From assembly GCA_020846775.1 (NCBI GenBank), contig JADLDG010000023.1, forward strand, positions 139,298 through 203,297: a stretch of DNA of 64,000 bases. Direction: 5' to 3'. Shown here piece by piece: positions 11,053 to 20,890 of the stretch (the stretch's first letter is position 1; every line of letters begins with the position of its first letter). The position numbers and the translations under genes are program-made. The notes under the pieces are model-generated. The model searched no databases, was not told where the DNA came from, and worked only from the letters and a program-made list of their open reading frames with translations. This DNA comes from Nitrospirota bacterium. Its GTDB lineage: Bacteria; Nitrospirota; 9FT-COMBO-42-15; HDB-SIOI813.

Positions 11053-12743
11053 CTCTTGTATTTTGCCGTTTCCTTCTCATTACCTTTTTCAACCCGATCC
11101 AGCATCTCCTCGGCATATTTGAATGCAGTTTCATTCTGATCACTTCCTCCCAGCATCCGGCTGATTTCGTAGATCCTTTCCATCCTGTCCAACCGCCTTA
11201 CCCTTGTTACTACTCTGTCTCCAGTGAAGACCTTCTCAACATGATAATGGTTATCAGCCATAGCAGCAATTTGAGGAAGGTGAGTAACACAAAACAGCTG
11301 ATTATCCTTAGACAAGGATTTAAGCCTTCTGCCGACCTCTTCAGCGACCCTGCCTCCAATTCCCGCATCAACCTCATCAAATATCAGCGTCGGCACACTA
11401 TCCGTAGAATTCAGCCTGCTCTTGATAGCCAGGAGTATTCTTGACAGCTCCCCACCCGACGCCACCTTGGTTAATTGCTTCGGCTCTTCATTCATATTTG
11501 CGATCAGAAATTCAACTGCATCAACTCCATCCTGCGATAAGGGCACTGGCTCGAATTTTACAACAAATTTAATCTTGTCCATAGAGAGATTTGACAATTC
11601 ACTCATAACATCACTCTCAAATCTGACGGCAGCGCTTCGCCTCAATTCCGATAGTTCATCCGCAAGCGTCCGTACTTCATTATGTACTTTTTCAATTTCT
11701 CTCATGAGAACTGTCACATCGTGATCCAGTGACCCTATGCTCGTTAAATCTTTTTCCAGCGTCTCCTGCAACAGCAGAATGTCCTCAATAGTCCTGACAT
11801 ATTTTTTCTTTAACCTGTCAATAAAATATATACGTTCATTTACCCTCTCTAATCTCTCCGGATCATGTCTGATCTTGTCCATAAATCTCCTGATAATATC
11901 AGCAGCCTCTTTAATGTTTACCTTAGAGCTACTGACCATATCAGCTGCCTCATTCATGCATGGATCAATACCTGCTATCTCCGATAACAAATTCTCTGCC
12001 TTACGCATCAAGGTAATCGCTGAATCATCGTTTTCATAGAGAATGCCGTATGCATCATGACTTAATGAAGAAAGATTTTGCGAATTGCTTAGAATTACCT
12101 GTTCACCTTCGAGCTCAACGTCTTCACCTGGTTTAAGTGAAGCGCCTTTTATCTCGGACAGTTGAAATCTTATAAGCTCTTCTCTTTCCTTTTTCAGGTT
12201 AATCTCTTCTGTCAGCTTATTGAGGTGTTTCTGAAGATCATTAAGGACCGCATACCTGTCAGCAACCCTCATCCTGAGATCAGTCAGCTTGCCAAAGGCG
12301 TCCAGATAGCCGCTGTGCGACTCTTTTCTAAGCAGTGTCTGATGTTCATGCTGGCCATGAATGTCAATAAGCTCACTGCATACATCGTTAAGTACCGACA
12401 AGGTGGAGAGGCTTCCATTTATAAATAACCTGTTTCTTCCACTCCTGCTTATGCTGCGTTTTACAAGCAGTTCATTGCCATTATCATCTATCCCATACTT
12501 ACGTAACTTCTCCTTATGAAGGTCTTTATTTATACTATCGAAAATTCCCTCAATGACAGTTTCATCACAACCATCACGCACTATATCAGATGAACCTCTT
12601 CCACCTGTAATCAAATCCAGTGCGTCTACAATAATTGACTTGCCAGCCCCGGTTTCACCTGAAAATACGGTAAAGCCCATAGTGAACTCAAGATCAAGTT
12701 CATCAATAATGGCAAGGTCTTTGATCCTCAACGCCCTCAGCAT
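11037..12743 (-). CDS. recN: DNA repair protein RecN
   Basis: Walker A GETGAGKS at the N-terminus, long coiled coils, and a C-terminal signature/Walker B region (LIFDEVDAGIGG); 568 aa. Confidence 0.9.
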   Translation of the reverse strand: MLRALRIKDLAIIDELDLEFTMGFTVFSGETGAGKSIIVDALDLITGGRGSSDIVRDGCDETVIEGIFDSINKDLHKEKLRKYGIDDNGNELLVKRSISRSGRNRLFINGSLSTLSVLNDVCSELIDIHGQHEHQTLLRKESHSGYLDAFGKLTDLRMRVADRYAVLNDLQKHLNKLTEEINLKKEREELIRFQLSEIKGASLKPGEDVELEGEQVILSNSQNLSSLSHDAYGILYENDDSAITLMRKAENLLSEIAGIDPCMNEAADMVSSSKVNIKEAADIIRRFMDKIRHDPERLERVNERIYFIDRLKKKYVRTIEDILLLQETLEKDLTSIGSLDHDVTVLMREIEKVHNEVRTLADELSELRRSAAVRFESDVMSELSNLSMDKIKFVVKFEPVPLSQDGVDAVEFLIANMNEEPKQLTKVASGGELSRILLAIKSRLNSTDSVPTLIFDEVDAGIGGRVAEEVGRRLKSLSKDNQLFCVTHLPQIAAMADNHYHVEKVFTGDRVVTRVRRLDRMERIYEISRMLGGSDQNETAFKYAEEMLDRVEKGNEKETAKYKRCSQH

Positions 12744-12761
12744 TTGGTCTCAGGAATTTAA

Positions 12762-13091
12762 TCAGGCAGCCAGCAGTGATTCTATCTTTTCCTTATATTG
12801 TGTTTTAGAAAGAGCCCCTACCAGTTTATCAACACCCTGACCGTCCTTAAAAAACATAATTGTAGGAATACCCATAATCTGATAGCGGCTGGCTATCTCC
12901 GGATTTTCATCGGTATTCAATTTAACTATCTTAGCCTTTCCTTCATAATCCTTTGCCAGCTCGTCTACTATAGGTGAGACCATTCTGCAGGGACCACACC
13001 ATACTGCCCAGAAATCCACGACGACCAGGCCTTTTGCCTGTAATACCTCTGCTTCCCATGTGTCTTTTGTTACCGCACTTACGTTTCCCAT
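12762..13091 (-). CDS. trxA: Thioredoxin
   Basis: 109 aa with the WCGPC active site. Confidence 0.9.
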   Translation of the reverse strand: MGNVSAVTKDTWEAEVLQAKGLVVVDFWAVWCGPCRMVSPIVDELAKDYEGKAKIVKLNTDENPEIASRYQIMGIPTIMFFKDGQGVDKLVGALSKTQYKEKIESLLAA

Positions 13092-13138
13092 AAGAGTAGT
13101 CTCCTTTCATTTCTCAACCTTTCGTTGTCCATCATCCC

Positions 13139-14545
13139 TTACTGGTCGGTCTTTGATTGTTTCTGTGAAGGCATTATGCCCTTGAATATATTCCACCCTT
13201 TTAATAAATCAACTGCCCTTTGCAGCTGCACATCCTGTTTTTCCACAGCACCTTCTGTATCCACAGGCTCCGTCACCTTATCACCATCCCCCTTATCCTT
13301 CCCAACAGGCTCAACAGCCTTTTCTTCCTCTTCGTCAATTGTGTCATTCTTCAGGTGCTTCTTCAGGTCTTTTTCCCTGATAAACTTTCTCTCCATAGCC
13401 TCCTTGTCTGAAGTAGGCTTGACTACAATGTCCGGAGTTATTCCGGTATTCTGTATTGATGTGCCTTTAGGCGTGTAGTACTTTGCAGTCGTAAGCCTCA
13501 TACCTGAACCGTCACTGAGTGTAAATACCGTCTGAACCGAACCCTTACCGAATGTCTGTGTTCCAAGTACAACTGCCCTCTCCCAATCCTGAAGCGCCCC
13601 GGCTACAATCTCAGACGCACTTGCGCTCCCTTCATTAACAAGAACAACTATAGGATAATTCTCATGTGCATTTCTCTCAGATGCCAGATACTCCTCCTTC
13701 TCATCGTTCCGGCCCTTTACAGACACAACTAGTTTGCCTTCTTTAAGAAATAACTCTGAAACCTGGATTGCAACCTTCAGCAATCCCCCCGGGTTGTTTC
13801 TCATATCAATGATAAGGGATTTTATATTCTGTTTTTCCAGATCATCGAGAGCTTTTCTGAGATCTTCACCTGTCCTCTCCTGGAATTGAGTAATACGTAC
13901 ATAACCAATATTTCCCTCTATCAACTTGTGTTTAATACTCTTAATTTTTATAATATCTCTTATAATTGTGAACTCAAGCGGTTCTTTCTCGCCTTCCCTG
14001 ATTATAGTCAGGTTAACCTTGGTATCCTTTGGCCCCCGCATTTTATTGACCGCACCTTCCAATTCAAGGTCTTTTGTCGGCGAGCCGTCTATCTTAAATA
14101 TATGATCTCCTGCCTTTATACCCGCATTCCACGCTGGAGTGTCTTCTATCGGGGCGATTACTACAAGCTTTTTATCCTTCATACTGATCTGTATACCCAG
14201 TCCCCCGAATTCGCCCTTGGTATCAACCTGCATCTCCTTGTAACTCTGCGGCGGCATGAAGTTTGTGTGCGGATCCAGCTCTGACAACATACCCTTTATT
14301 GCCCCATAGACAAGATCCTTAGTGGTGATCTCATCAACATAATTTTTTTCGACAAGAGAGAGCGCCTCTGCAAAGACCCTCAGATTCTCATAGCTCTCAC
14401 CGCCAAATACTGGATTACCCATTCCCTTGCCGAATGTAACCCATACACCAGCCAGGAGAAGAAGCACTATTACTACAACCCCTGTTTTCACCCTTTGTTT
14501 TTTGTTAGACATACCAGTTATCCTCCTGAACCTTTTGAAAGCCAT
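13139..14545 (-). CDS. ctpA: Carboxy-terminal processing protease (S41 family) with a PDZ domain
   Basis: N-terminal membrane anchor, PDZ region, and the S41 catalytic region GSASASEI...K. The likely true start is MSNKKQ at 14512, which avoids overlap with the upstream ORF. Confidence 0.9.
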   Translation of the reverse strand: MAFKRFRRITGMSNKKQRVKTGVVVIVLLLLAGVWVTFGKGMGNPVFGGESYENLRVFAEALSLVEKNYVDEITTKDLVYGAIKGMLSELDPHTNFMPPQSYKEMQVDTKGEFGGLGIQISMKDKKLVVIAPIEDTPAWNAGIKAGDHIFKIDGSPTKDLELEGAVNKMRGPKDTKVNLTIIREGEKEPLEFTIIRDIIKIKSIKHKLIEGNIGYVRITQFQERTGEDLRKALDDLEKQNIKSLIIDMRNNPGGLLKVAIQVSELFLKEGKLVVSVKGRNDEKEEYLASERNAHENYPIVVLVNEGSASASEIVAGALQDWERAVVLGTQTFGKGSVQTVFTLSDGSGMRLTTAKYYTPKGTSIQNTGITPDIVVKPTSDKEAMERKFIREKDLKKHLKNDTIDEEEEKAVEPVGKDKGDGDKVTEPVDTEGAVEKQDVQLQRAVDLLKGWNIFKGIMPSQKQSKTDQ

Positions 14546-16593
14546 GCAATGGGGTCTACCACCTCTCCCAGATGCCTGAGCTCAAAATATATTCCATCCC
14601 TTTCTGCAACATTACCTTTTCCGGCAACCGCAACAACCTGACCTTTCCTGATTTTTCCACCCCTTGAAACCTTTATCCTTGACGCGTGACCATAAATTGA
14701 GTAATAGCTGTTTCCATGATCAATAATAAGAGTAAGCCCATAACCCTGAAGCCAATCTGCATAAGCCACAACCCCGTCAAATGCTGCCCTGATATCTTTT
14801 GATCCCCTGGCAGCTATCTCAATTCCCTTTTTGAAAACGTACGCATCAAACTCCGGGTGTTTCTGCCGTCCGAATTCTGATACAACGTCACCTTCAAGAG
14901 GCCATGTCAACAGACCCTTATTCTTACCAAAACCGGTTCCGGCTGCAGGGAGGTCCTTGCTGCGATCCTTTTCATAGGATGCAATCAGCTTTTTCAGTGC
15001 CGCAGAGGCAGAAGTGAGTCTCTTTATCTCCTCTTCATAATCGGCCTTTTTCCTCTGAATGCTGACAAGCTGCTGACGATTTTGCCTGATATCCCGTTCA
15101 ATAATCACCTTGTCTTCAGCAATATTACCCCTTTCAACCAAAAGGGTTTGTTGCCGCTTGTTTAAAGACAGCAAATTATTGTTTAAATCTCTGATATCTT
15201 CGCTCAGGCTGCTCATCATATGGTCTGCCTCACCTAACAGCATGTCCTGATATTTCAACTTTACCTTATAGTCATTATAATCAGTAGATGAGAGAAGTAT
15301 CTCGGCTGAACCGCTGTATCTCCACATATTCGACTTATATATCTCTTTAATAAAACCGGATAATTCCATCTTTTTTGAATCCAGCTCAGATGATAATGAC
15401 TCAACAGTTTGATGGACAGTCTTTATCTCCTTTTTTTTCTGAGCGATATCCTTACTGACCTTATATAGCTCCTTTTTCTTGCTCCCAAGGTCCTTTTCTT
15501 TTACTCCGAGTTTTCTCTTGACTTTTTTCTCTTCCGCTGCCACCTTCCGGGTCGCCTTCTTCTTCTCCTTTATCTTCTTATCAACATCAGATAACTCCTG
15601 CTGGCTCTGTCTGATCTCCTTTTCCGTTGATTGTAAGTCCCTGCTCTCAACAACAGGCACATTTGTAATATTTAAACATAAAATTAGAAATAAAGCTATC
15701 CCGGTGAGTCTTCCTACGGAGGTCCAACTACCGAAACAACCTGCAATAATGCCTGTAACAATAATTGCGATCAAACCCTTCAATGAAATAAAACTGAACT
15801 CAATTCCACCCAACCATAAATATACAGATGACGGTATTTTATAAATAATCAGATTATGGATCACGTAAAGCATGACAACTGAAGCGCTGGCGCTTATCAA
15901 CCCTAATATCCCGCCTTCCAGGATATATGGAATCCTTATAAAAAGTCTGGTTGCACCGGCAAGTTTCATTATCTCTATTTCATCCCTCCGCATGAGGAAA
16001 GTAAGCTTTATTGCGTTTGATACTATAAACAGTACCAATAAAAACATTACGCTTCCAACAATAAGGCTCAAAACTTTTAATGCTGTCAAAAGTGCATTAA
16101 GCCTCTCTACCCACTCTTTTCCGTATTCAACGTCTTCGATACCTTCCATATGCGACAATTTCTCTGCCAGATTACGCATATCATCAGGAGTTCTGGCATC
16201 AGGGACAATCTTTATCCTGAATGCATCAGGCAGTGGATTCTCTGTTAAGCCTTTTATTACTCCCTGAAAACTATTCATTTCCCTGGCAAACTTTACCATA
16301 GCATCTTCTTTTGAAATGAAGACAACAGCCTCTGTTTCTTTCATAGCCTCGATCTCTGATTTGATCTCTTGAAGCGTTTGATCAGATGCGTGCCCTGAAG
16401 AAAATGCAATGACTTCCATATCACTCTTCATCACTTCAGTAAATATGTTCAGATTATGCAGGGACAGGAGGAATAATCCAAAAACAAGCAGGATTATTGA
16501 TATTATACCTACTGCGGAAAAAGTAGTGTATTTGTTACATCTGATCTGACTGACAGCTTCTTTTAAACTATACAAAATCATAAACTGAATCAT
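14518..16593 (-). CDS. ftsX: Single ORF fusing a complete FtsX permease (about 300 aa, 4 TM) to an extra TM segment, a long coiled coil and a degenerate M23/LytM domain (EnvC-like)
   Basis: A 691-aa ORF with no stop between the two parts. The FtsX part carries the KLAGAT signature and four TM helices. An additional hydrophobic helix (IALFLILCLNITNVPVV) follows, then about 250 aa of heptad-rich coiled coil, then an M23 fold (IIDHG present). The catalytic HxxxD and HxH residues are replaced. Confidence 0.8.
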   Translation of the reverse strand: MIQFMILYSLKEAVSQIRCNKYTTFSAVGIISIILLVFGLFLLSLHNLNIFTEVMKSDMEVIAFSSGHASDQTLQEIKSEIEAMKETEAVVFISKEDAMVKFAREMNSFQGVIKGLTENPLPDAFRIKIVPDARTPDDMRNLAEKLSHMEGIEDVEYGKEWVERLNALLTALKVLSLIVGSVMFLLVLFIVSNAIKLTFLMRRDEIEIMKLAGATRLFIRIPYILEGGILGLISASASVVMLYVIHNLIIYKIPSSVYLWLGGIEFSFISLKGLIAIIVTGIIAGCFGSWTSVGRLTGIALFLILCLNITNVPVVESRDLQSTEKEIRQSQQELSDVDKKIKEKKKATRKVAAEEKKVKRKLGVKEKDLGSKKKELYKVSKDIAQKKKEIKTVHQTVESLSSELDSKKMELSGFIKEIYKSNMWRYSGSAEILLSSTDYNDYKVKLKYQDMLLGEADHMMSSLSEDIRDLNNNLLSLNKRQQTLLVERGNIAEDKVIIERDIRQNRQQLVSIQRKKADYEEEIKRLTSASAALKKLIASYEKDRSKDLPAAGTGFGKNKGLLTWPLEGDVVSEFGRQKHPEFDAYVFKKGIEIAARGSKDIRAAFDGVVAYADWLQGYGLTLIIDHGNSYYSIYGHASRIKVSRGGKIRKGQVVAVAGKGNVAERDGIYFELRHLGEVVDPIAWLSKGSGG

Positions 16594-16599
16594 TCCATG

Positions 16600-17235
16600 T
16601 TATTCTGGTAATGTTATTATCCTTTTCCCCATCTTTCTGGCCATCTCGCAATTATGTGTTGCTGCAATTACCGTTGTACCTGTACGATTAATTTTACTGA
16701 AAATATTGTATATCTCAATAGCATTATCTTCATCCAGGTTGCCTGCCGGTTCATCAGCCAGTAATAATATCGGATCGTTTGCCACTGCCCTCGCTGCAGC
16801 CACCTTCTGCAGTTCACCTCCGGAGAGAGTGGATGGAAAAGAATATATCTTATCGCTTACGCCAACTAATCTCAGCGCTTCACTGACCCTGTATGCTATC
16901 TCCTTTTTATGAAGGCCGCAAATCTTCAGTACCAGGGCTATATTGTCAAATACATTCTTATTATAAAGGAGCCTTCCATCCTGGAATATTAATCCTATTT
17001 TTCTTCTTATATATGGTATTCGAGACTCTCTGATAACAGAAAGGTCTTCATCCTGAAACATTACTTCACCAATATCAGCCTTCTCAATACACATGAGCAA
17101 TTTCAGTAATGTGCTCTTACCTGAACCTGTAGGACCGCAAATAAATACAAACTCCCCCTTTTCAATAGTGGCTGAAAAATCTTTTAACACAGGATTGCCA
17201 TTATAATATTTTGAAATGTTGTTAAACTTTATCAA
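16600..17235 (-). CDS. ftsE: Cell division ATP-binding protein FtsE
   Basis: Walker A GPTGSGKST, ABC signature LSGGELQKV, Walker B LLLADEP; 211 aa. It sits immediately upstream of ftsX. Confidence 0.9.
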   Translation of the reverse strand: MIKFNNISKYYNGNPVLKDFSATIEKGEFVFICGPTGSGKSTLLKLLMCIEKADIGEVMFQDEDLSVIRESRIPYIRRKIGLIFQDGRLLYNKNVFDNIALVLKICGLHKKEIAYRVSEALRLVGVSDKIYSFPSTLSGGELQKVAAARAVANDPILLLADEPAGNLDEDNAIEIYNIFSKINRTGTTVIAATHNCEMARKMGKRIITLPE

Positions 17236-17483
17236 TATACCACCTTACCGTTATGTACTTCCTGAATCATTTCATTGTGCTGTTCATTCATTAAATTCTC
17301 CACTACAGTTTTAAAATCATCCATTTCCAGTAAGTAGACATAACTTGTCTTTCTGGTAGTTACAAGTTTACCAGAACTGAATATCCTGGTCAGTATAATA
17401 GGATTATTAATACCTCCATCTTCCGTCTGAATGTGATATACCTTCCCGCTGTATTCGACGTCGCTGTTTATTCCCGTTACCAT
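17232..17483 (-). CDS. Hypothetical 83-aa protein, translationally coupled between yraN and ftsE
   Basis: A clean ORF whose start overlaps the yraN stop and whose stop overlaps the ftsE start (ATGA). I do not recognise the family. Confidence 0.5.
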   Translation of the reverse strand: MVTGINSDVEYSGKVYHIQTEDGGINNPIILTRIFSSGKLVTTRKTSYVYLLEMDDFKTVVENLMNEQHNEMIQEVHNGKVVY

Positions 17484-17878
17484 AATCTATCATCCGGAAG
17501 GTCAAAAGCATCCATAAACAACTCAATCCTGTCTTCGTGGATAGACAATACGTCAAAACGACAAGGGTGATTTGTGAATTTCTTATCAGAGATATAAGAT
17601 AATGCTACCCTCCCGATACGGGATTGTTTTTTTGCATCTACAGCATCTGCAGGAAAACCATACAAGCTGCTGTTTCTTGTCTTTACCTCAATAAAAACAA
17701 GGGTACTTCCATCCCGGGCTATAATGTCTATTTCGCCAAAACGATTCGAATAATTTCTTTCTATGATATTATACCCTTTTGTTTTAAGGTACTCTTCTGC
17801 CCTTTCCTCTCCCTGCCTGCCCTTTGTCCTGTTATTTAAGCGACGCATCTTCTTCAGCACCCACTCTGTCTCTATCAA
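17477..17878 (-). CDS. yraN: YraN/UPF0102 family endonuclease
   Basis: GEIDIIARDGSTLVFIEVKTR matches the YraN core; 133 aa; classically found next to rnhB. Confidence 0.8.
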   Translation of the reverse strand: MIETEWVLKKMRRLNNRTKGRQGEERAEEYLKTKGYNIIERNYSNRFGEIDIIARDGSTLVFIEVKTRNSSLYGFPADAVDAKKQSRIGRVALSYISDKKFTNHPCRFDVLSIHEDRIELFMDAFDLPDDRLW

Positions 17879-17962
17879 ATATCTCAGGCCTGTATTCAGA
17901 GGATTTGAAGGACCTGGGCCCTGACCATGTTCAGAGATCAGGCATTACCCACTGCCTGAGGA

Positions 17963-18583
17963 TTATAAATGATCACTCTTCATTATCTTTTTTAGAAAAC
18001 TCTTTCTGTGTAAAGTACATGGCCCAAACTGTCTCAGCCGTGAAATATGTTCTCTCGTACCATAACCCTTATGAGCGCTGAAATTATAATCAGGAAATGA
18101 TATATGGTGCCGGCACATAAGTCTGTCTCTTGTGACCTTTGCAATTATAGATGCTGAGGCAATAGTAAAGCTTAAAGCGTCCCCTTTAATTATGGACAAT
18201 TGAGGTATTGGCAGGGTTTTAACTGGTACTGCGTCTATAAGTAGATAATCAGGATGTATAACAAGATCTTCCACTGCCATTTTCATGGCATTTATAGTTG
18301 CGTTATAAATATTTATTTTGTCAATCTCTATGTTATCTACTATCCCAACCCCAATACTGATGGCGTTTGCTCTTATTAAATCAAATAGATAATTCCTTCT
18401 AACATGAGAAAGTTTCTTTGAATCATTTACTCCATCAATTATATATCCTGCTTGGAATATGACTGCGGAGGCCACAACAGGACCGGCAAGACATCCTCTT
18501 CCGGCCTCATCAATTCCTGCGATATGGGTAAAACCCTGCCCGTATACATCAATCTCAAATGAAAGGTCCGGTAACGGTGGCAC
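17963..18583 (-). CDS. rnhB: Ribonuclease HII
   Basis: IAGIDEAGRGCLAGPVV active-site motif; 206 aa. Confidence 0.9.
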   Translation of the reverse strand: MPPLPDLSFEIDVYGQGFTHIAGIDEAGRGCLAGPVVASAVIFQAGYIIDGVNDSKKLSHVRRNYLFDLIRANAISIGVGIVDNIEIDKINIYNATINAMKMAVEDLVIHPDYLLIDAVPVKTLPIPQLSIIKGDALSFTIASASIIAKVTRDRLMCRHHISFPDYNFSAHKGYGTREHISRLRQFGPCTLHRKSFLKKIMKSDHL

Positions 18584-18588
18584 CGTTA

Positions 18589-18984
18589 CTATTCCTCAGC
18601 AATGACTGCCTTTTTACGATCTGCTGCAGCACCTCGTGTCATAGTATCCTTTTCTGTAATACGCATGGCACGCCCCTTTTTCTTTCTGATATAGTATAGC
18701 TTTGCCCTGCGCACCTTGCCGCTCTTCAGGATTTTAATATCCTGAACATATGGGGAGTAGACTGGAAATACGCGTTCAACTCCGACACCGTATGAAACCT
18801 TCCTGACGGTAATAGTTTCTCTGTTGTTTCGACCGCGTCTTGCAATTATATGACCCTCAAATATCTGTGTACGCTCCCTGTCACCCTCTATAACCTTGAC
18901 GTGTACCTGTACTGTATCACCAATATTAAATGGCGCTATACTTTTCTGAATCTGCTGTTTTTCGATACGTTCAATAATATTCAT
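18589..18984 (-). CDS. rplS: 50S ribosomal protein L19
   Basis: 131 aa; the GDRERTQIFEGHIIARRGR region is typical L19. Confidence 0.95.
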   Translation of the reverse strand: MNIIERIEKQQIQKSIAPFNIGDTVQVHVKVIEGDRERTQIFEGHIIARRGRNNRETITVRKVSYGVGVERVFPVYSPYVQDIKILKSGKVRRAKLYYIRKKKGRAMRITEKDTMTRGAAADRKKAVIAEE

Positions 18985-19721
18985 TTCTCAGACTCCTCCT
19001 TTATTTCTTTAAGTATGTTCATGTCTTCATCTGACAATACCGCCCCCTCAAGTATATCCGGACGTTTGATCAGAGTATTGGCGACCGCCTGCCGCCGTCT
19101 CCATTGTCTTATCACTTCGTGATTACCGGATATGAGAATTGAAGGAACATCCATTTCTCTCAACTGTGCCGGTCTCGTGTAATGTGGATAGTCAAGAAGC
19201 TGATTAAAGGACTCATCTTCCACAGAGGCGCTGTCACCAAGCACGCCAGGTATTAACCTCACCACAGAATCTATAATAACCAGAGCTGCCAGCTCACCAC
19301 CGGTCAGCACATAATCACCAATTGAAACCTCTTCAGGCGACAAATATGTTTTTACACGCTCATCTATCCCCTCATAATGTCCACATATAAAAACAATCCT
19401 TCGCTCTTCCCTGCTTAACTCTGATGCCATACCCTGATTGTACCGCTTTCCCTGAGGAGACATCAGGAGTATACGCAGGTCCTCCTCGTCCTCCTCTTTG
19501 ATGAAATCCACTGCCTTAAGTACAGGTTCAGCCTTTAAAACCATCCCGGCGCCTCCCCCGTATGGATAATCATCAGCAGAACGATGTTTATCAAATGTAA
19601 AATCCCTGATATTTATGACCCTGACATTTAACAATCCCTTGGCCTGTGCCCTTTTCAGAATGCTTTCATCAAGGACTGGAGTTACCATTCCAGGAAAGAG
19701 TGTAAGTATGTGACATCTCAT
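18981..19721 (-). CDS. trmD: tRNA (guanine37-N1)-methyltransferase
   Basis: 246 aa; the sequence reads ILTLFPGM...DDYPYGGGAGMV (SPOUT knot region). Confidence 0.95.
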   Translation of the reverse strand: MRCHILTLFPGMVTPVLDESILKRAQAKGLLNVRVINIRDFTFDKHRSADDYPYGGGAGMVLKAEPVLKAVDFIKEEDEEDLRILLMSPQGKRYNQGMASELSREERRIVFICGHYEGIDERVKTYLSPEEVSIGDYVLTGGELAALVIIDSVVRLIPGVLGDSASVEDESFNQLLDYPHYTRPAQLREMDVPSILISGNHEVIRQWRRRQAVANTLIKRPDILEGAVLSDEDMNILKEIKEESEK

Positions 19722-19763
19722 CAGAGATTTTAAATTTGATATTTCATTTTGATTAATTTGAAA

Positions 19764-20306
19764 TTATATTAATCCATCCATCAGGGCAATAACCATTCGC
19801 CGCCCCTTTACATCAACATCCTTAATTACATCACGGATAGCAGGTATTAAATATTCACGATCCTTATCCCGTAGAATATAGACATCGTTGCTACCCGTTG
19901 AGATTATGTCTTCTACCATTCCAAGGTACATTCCTTCTGTAGTAAATACCTCCATACCTATTATCTCAAAATGATACCATGAGTCCTTACCAAGAACCGG
20001 CACATCGTCCTGAGGAACAGCTATATAACTTCCAACTATCTGTTGTGCATCCGTAACTGTCGTTATGTCTTCCAGTGATACCGCAAATCCACTCTTTACA
20101 GGCCTAACCTTCTTTATAACAGACTTCCGCTTTTCTCCATTTTTCCGAATAATAAAGATATCGCGGAGTGAGTATATCCTTTCCGGGTCATTTGAGAGTT
20201 GAACTACCTTAACTTCACCCTTCAAACCATGAGGCCTGACTATATAGGCAACAGATACGAAATCCTTATCAGTTCCAGGGTCTATTCCAGTATTGACAGT
20301 TCCCAC
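19764..20306 (-). CDS. rimM: 16S rRNA processing protein RimM
   Basis: 180 aa; the sequence reads [10 protein letters not shown], with a PRC barrel at the C-terminus. Confidence 0.9.
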   Translation of the reverse strand: MGTVNTGIDPGTDKDFVSVAYIVRPHGLKGEVKVVQLSNDPERIYSLRDIFIIRKNGEKRKSVIKKVRPVKSGFAVSLEDITTVTDAQQIVGSYIAVPQDDVPVLGKDSWYHFEIIGMEVFTTEGMYLGMVEDIISTGSNDVYILRDKDREYLIPAIRDVIKDVDVKGRRMVIALMDGLI

Positions 20307-20521
20307 CTTTTTCCAAGCTTTGTACCCGCTGCGCTAAGGATGGTCCGTATGGCCCCTGCAGTCCTTCCATGCTTTCCGATGACCTTACCGAGGTCTTCCC
20401 GGGCTACCCTAAGTTCAAATATAGTTGTCTTCTCCCCCTCAACCTCTGCAACAACGACTTCAGATGGACTGTCAACCAGCGCCTTAGCTATGAGTTCGAT
20501 CAGCTCTTTCATCACAACCAC
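20282..20521 (-). CDS. KH-domain RNA-binding protein (YlqC/UPF0109)
   Basis: 79 aa with a KH GxxG motif ([13 protein letters not shown]); canonical position between rpsP and rimM. Confidence 0.85.
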   Translation of the reverse strand: MVVMKELIELIAKALVDSPSEVVVAEVEGEKTTIFELRVAREDLGKVIGKHGRTAGAIRTILSAAGTKLGKRWELSILE

Positions 20522-20563
20522 CTCCGTTTCCTGCTGAAACTTATAAGAATCTGAAAACAGTAG

Positions 20564-20842
20564 TTATGCTGCCGGAATTTTTTTTATATCATCAAACTTC
20601 TTCATGATCCCGCTTTTCTTGAAAATCTGTCTTACTGTGTCCGAAACCGTAGCGCCTTTACTAAGCCAGTATATCGCCCTGTCTTCCTTTATACTCACCA
20701 CAGACTCAGCCTTAAGCGGATCATACATACCAAGGACTTCAAGAAACCTTCCGTCTCTCGGCATGCGGGAGTTTGCCACTACCACCCTATAACAAGGGCT
20801 TTTTCTTCTCCCCATTCTCGTTAGTCTAATCGTTGTAGCCAC
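20564..20842 (-). CDS. rpsP: 30S ribosomal protein S16
   Basis: 92 aa; the sequence reads [23 protein letters not shown]. Confidence 0.95.
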   Translation of the reverse strand: MATTIRLTRMGRRKSPCYRVVVANSRMPRDGRFLEVLGMYDPLKAESVVSIKEDRAIYWLSKGATVSDTVRQIFKKSGIMKKFDDIKKIPAA

Positions 20843-20890
20843 TACATCACCTCCTTAATTAATATCTTATTCTGATTTCTGAACTCTGTA

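Noticed and set aside
15479-16267. Plus-strand ORFs of 121 and 131 aa opposite the ftsX-envC gene
   Set aside because: They are antisense shadows of a clearly coding region, and their serine/phenylalanine-rich composition reflects the complementary strand of Lys/Glu codons.
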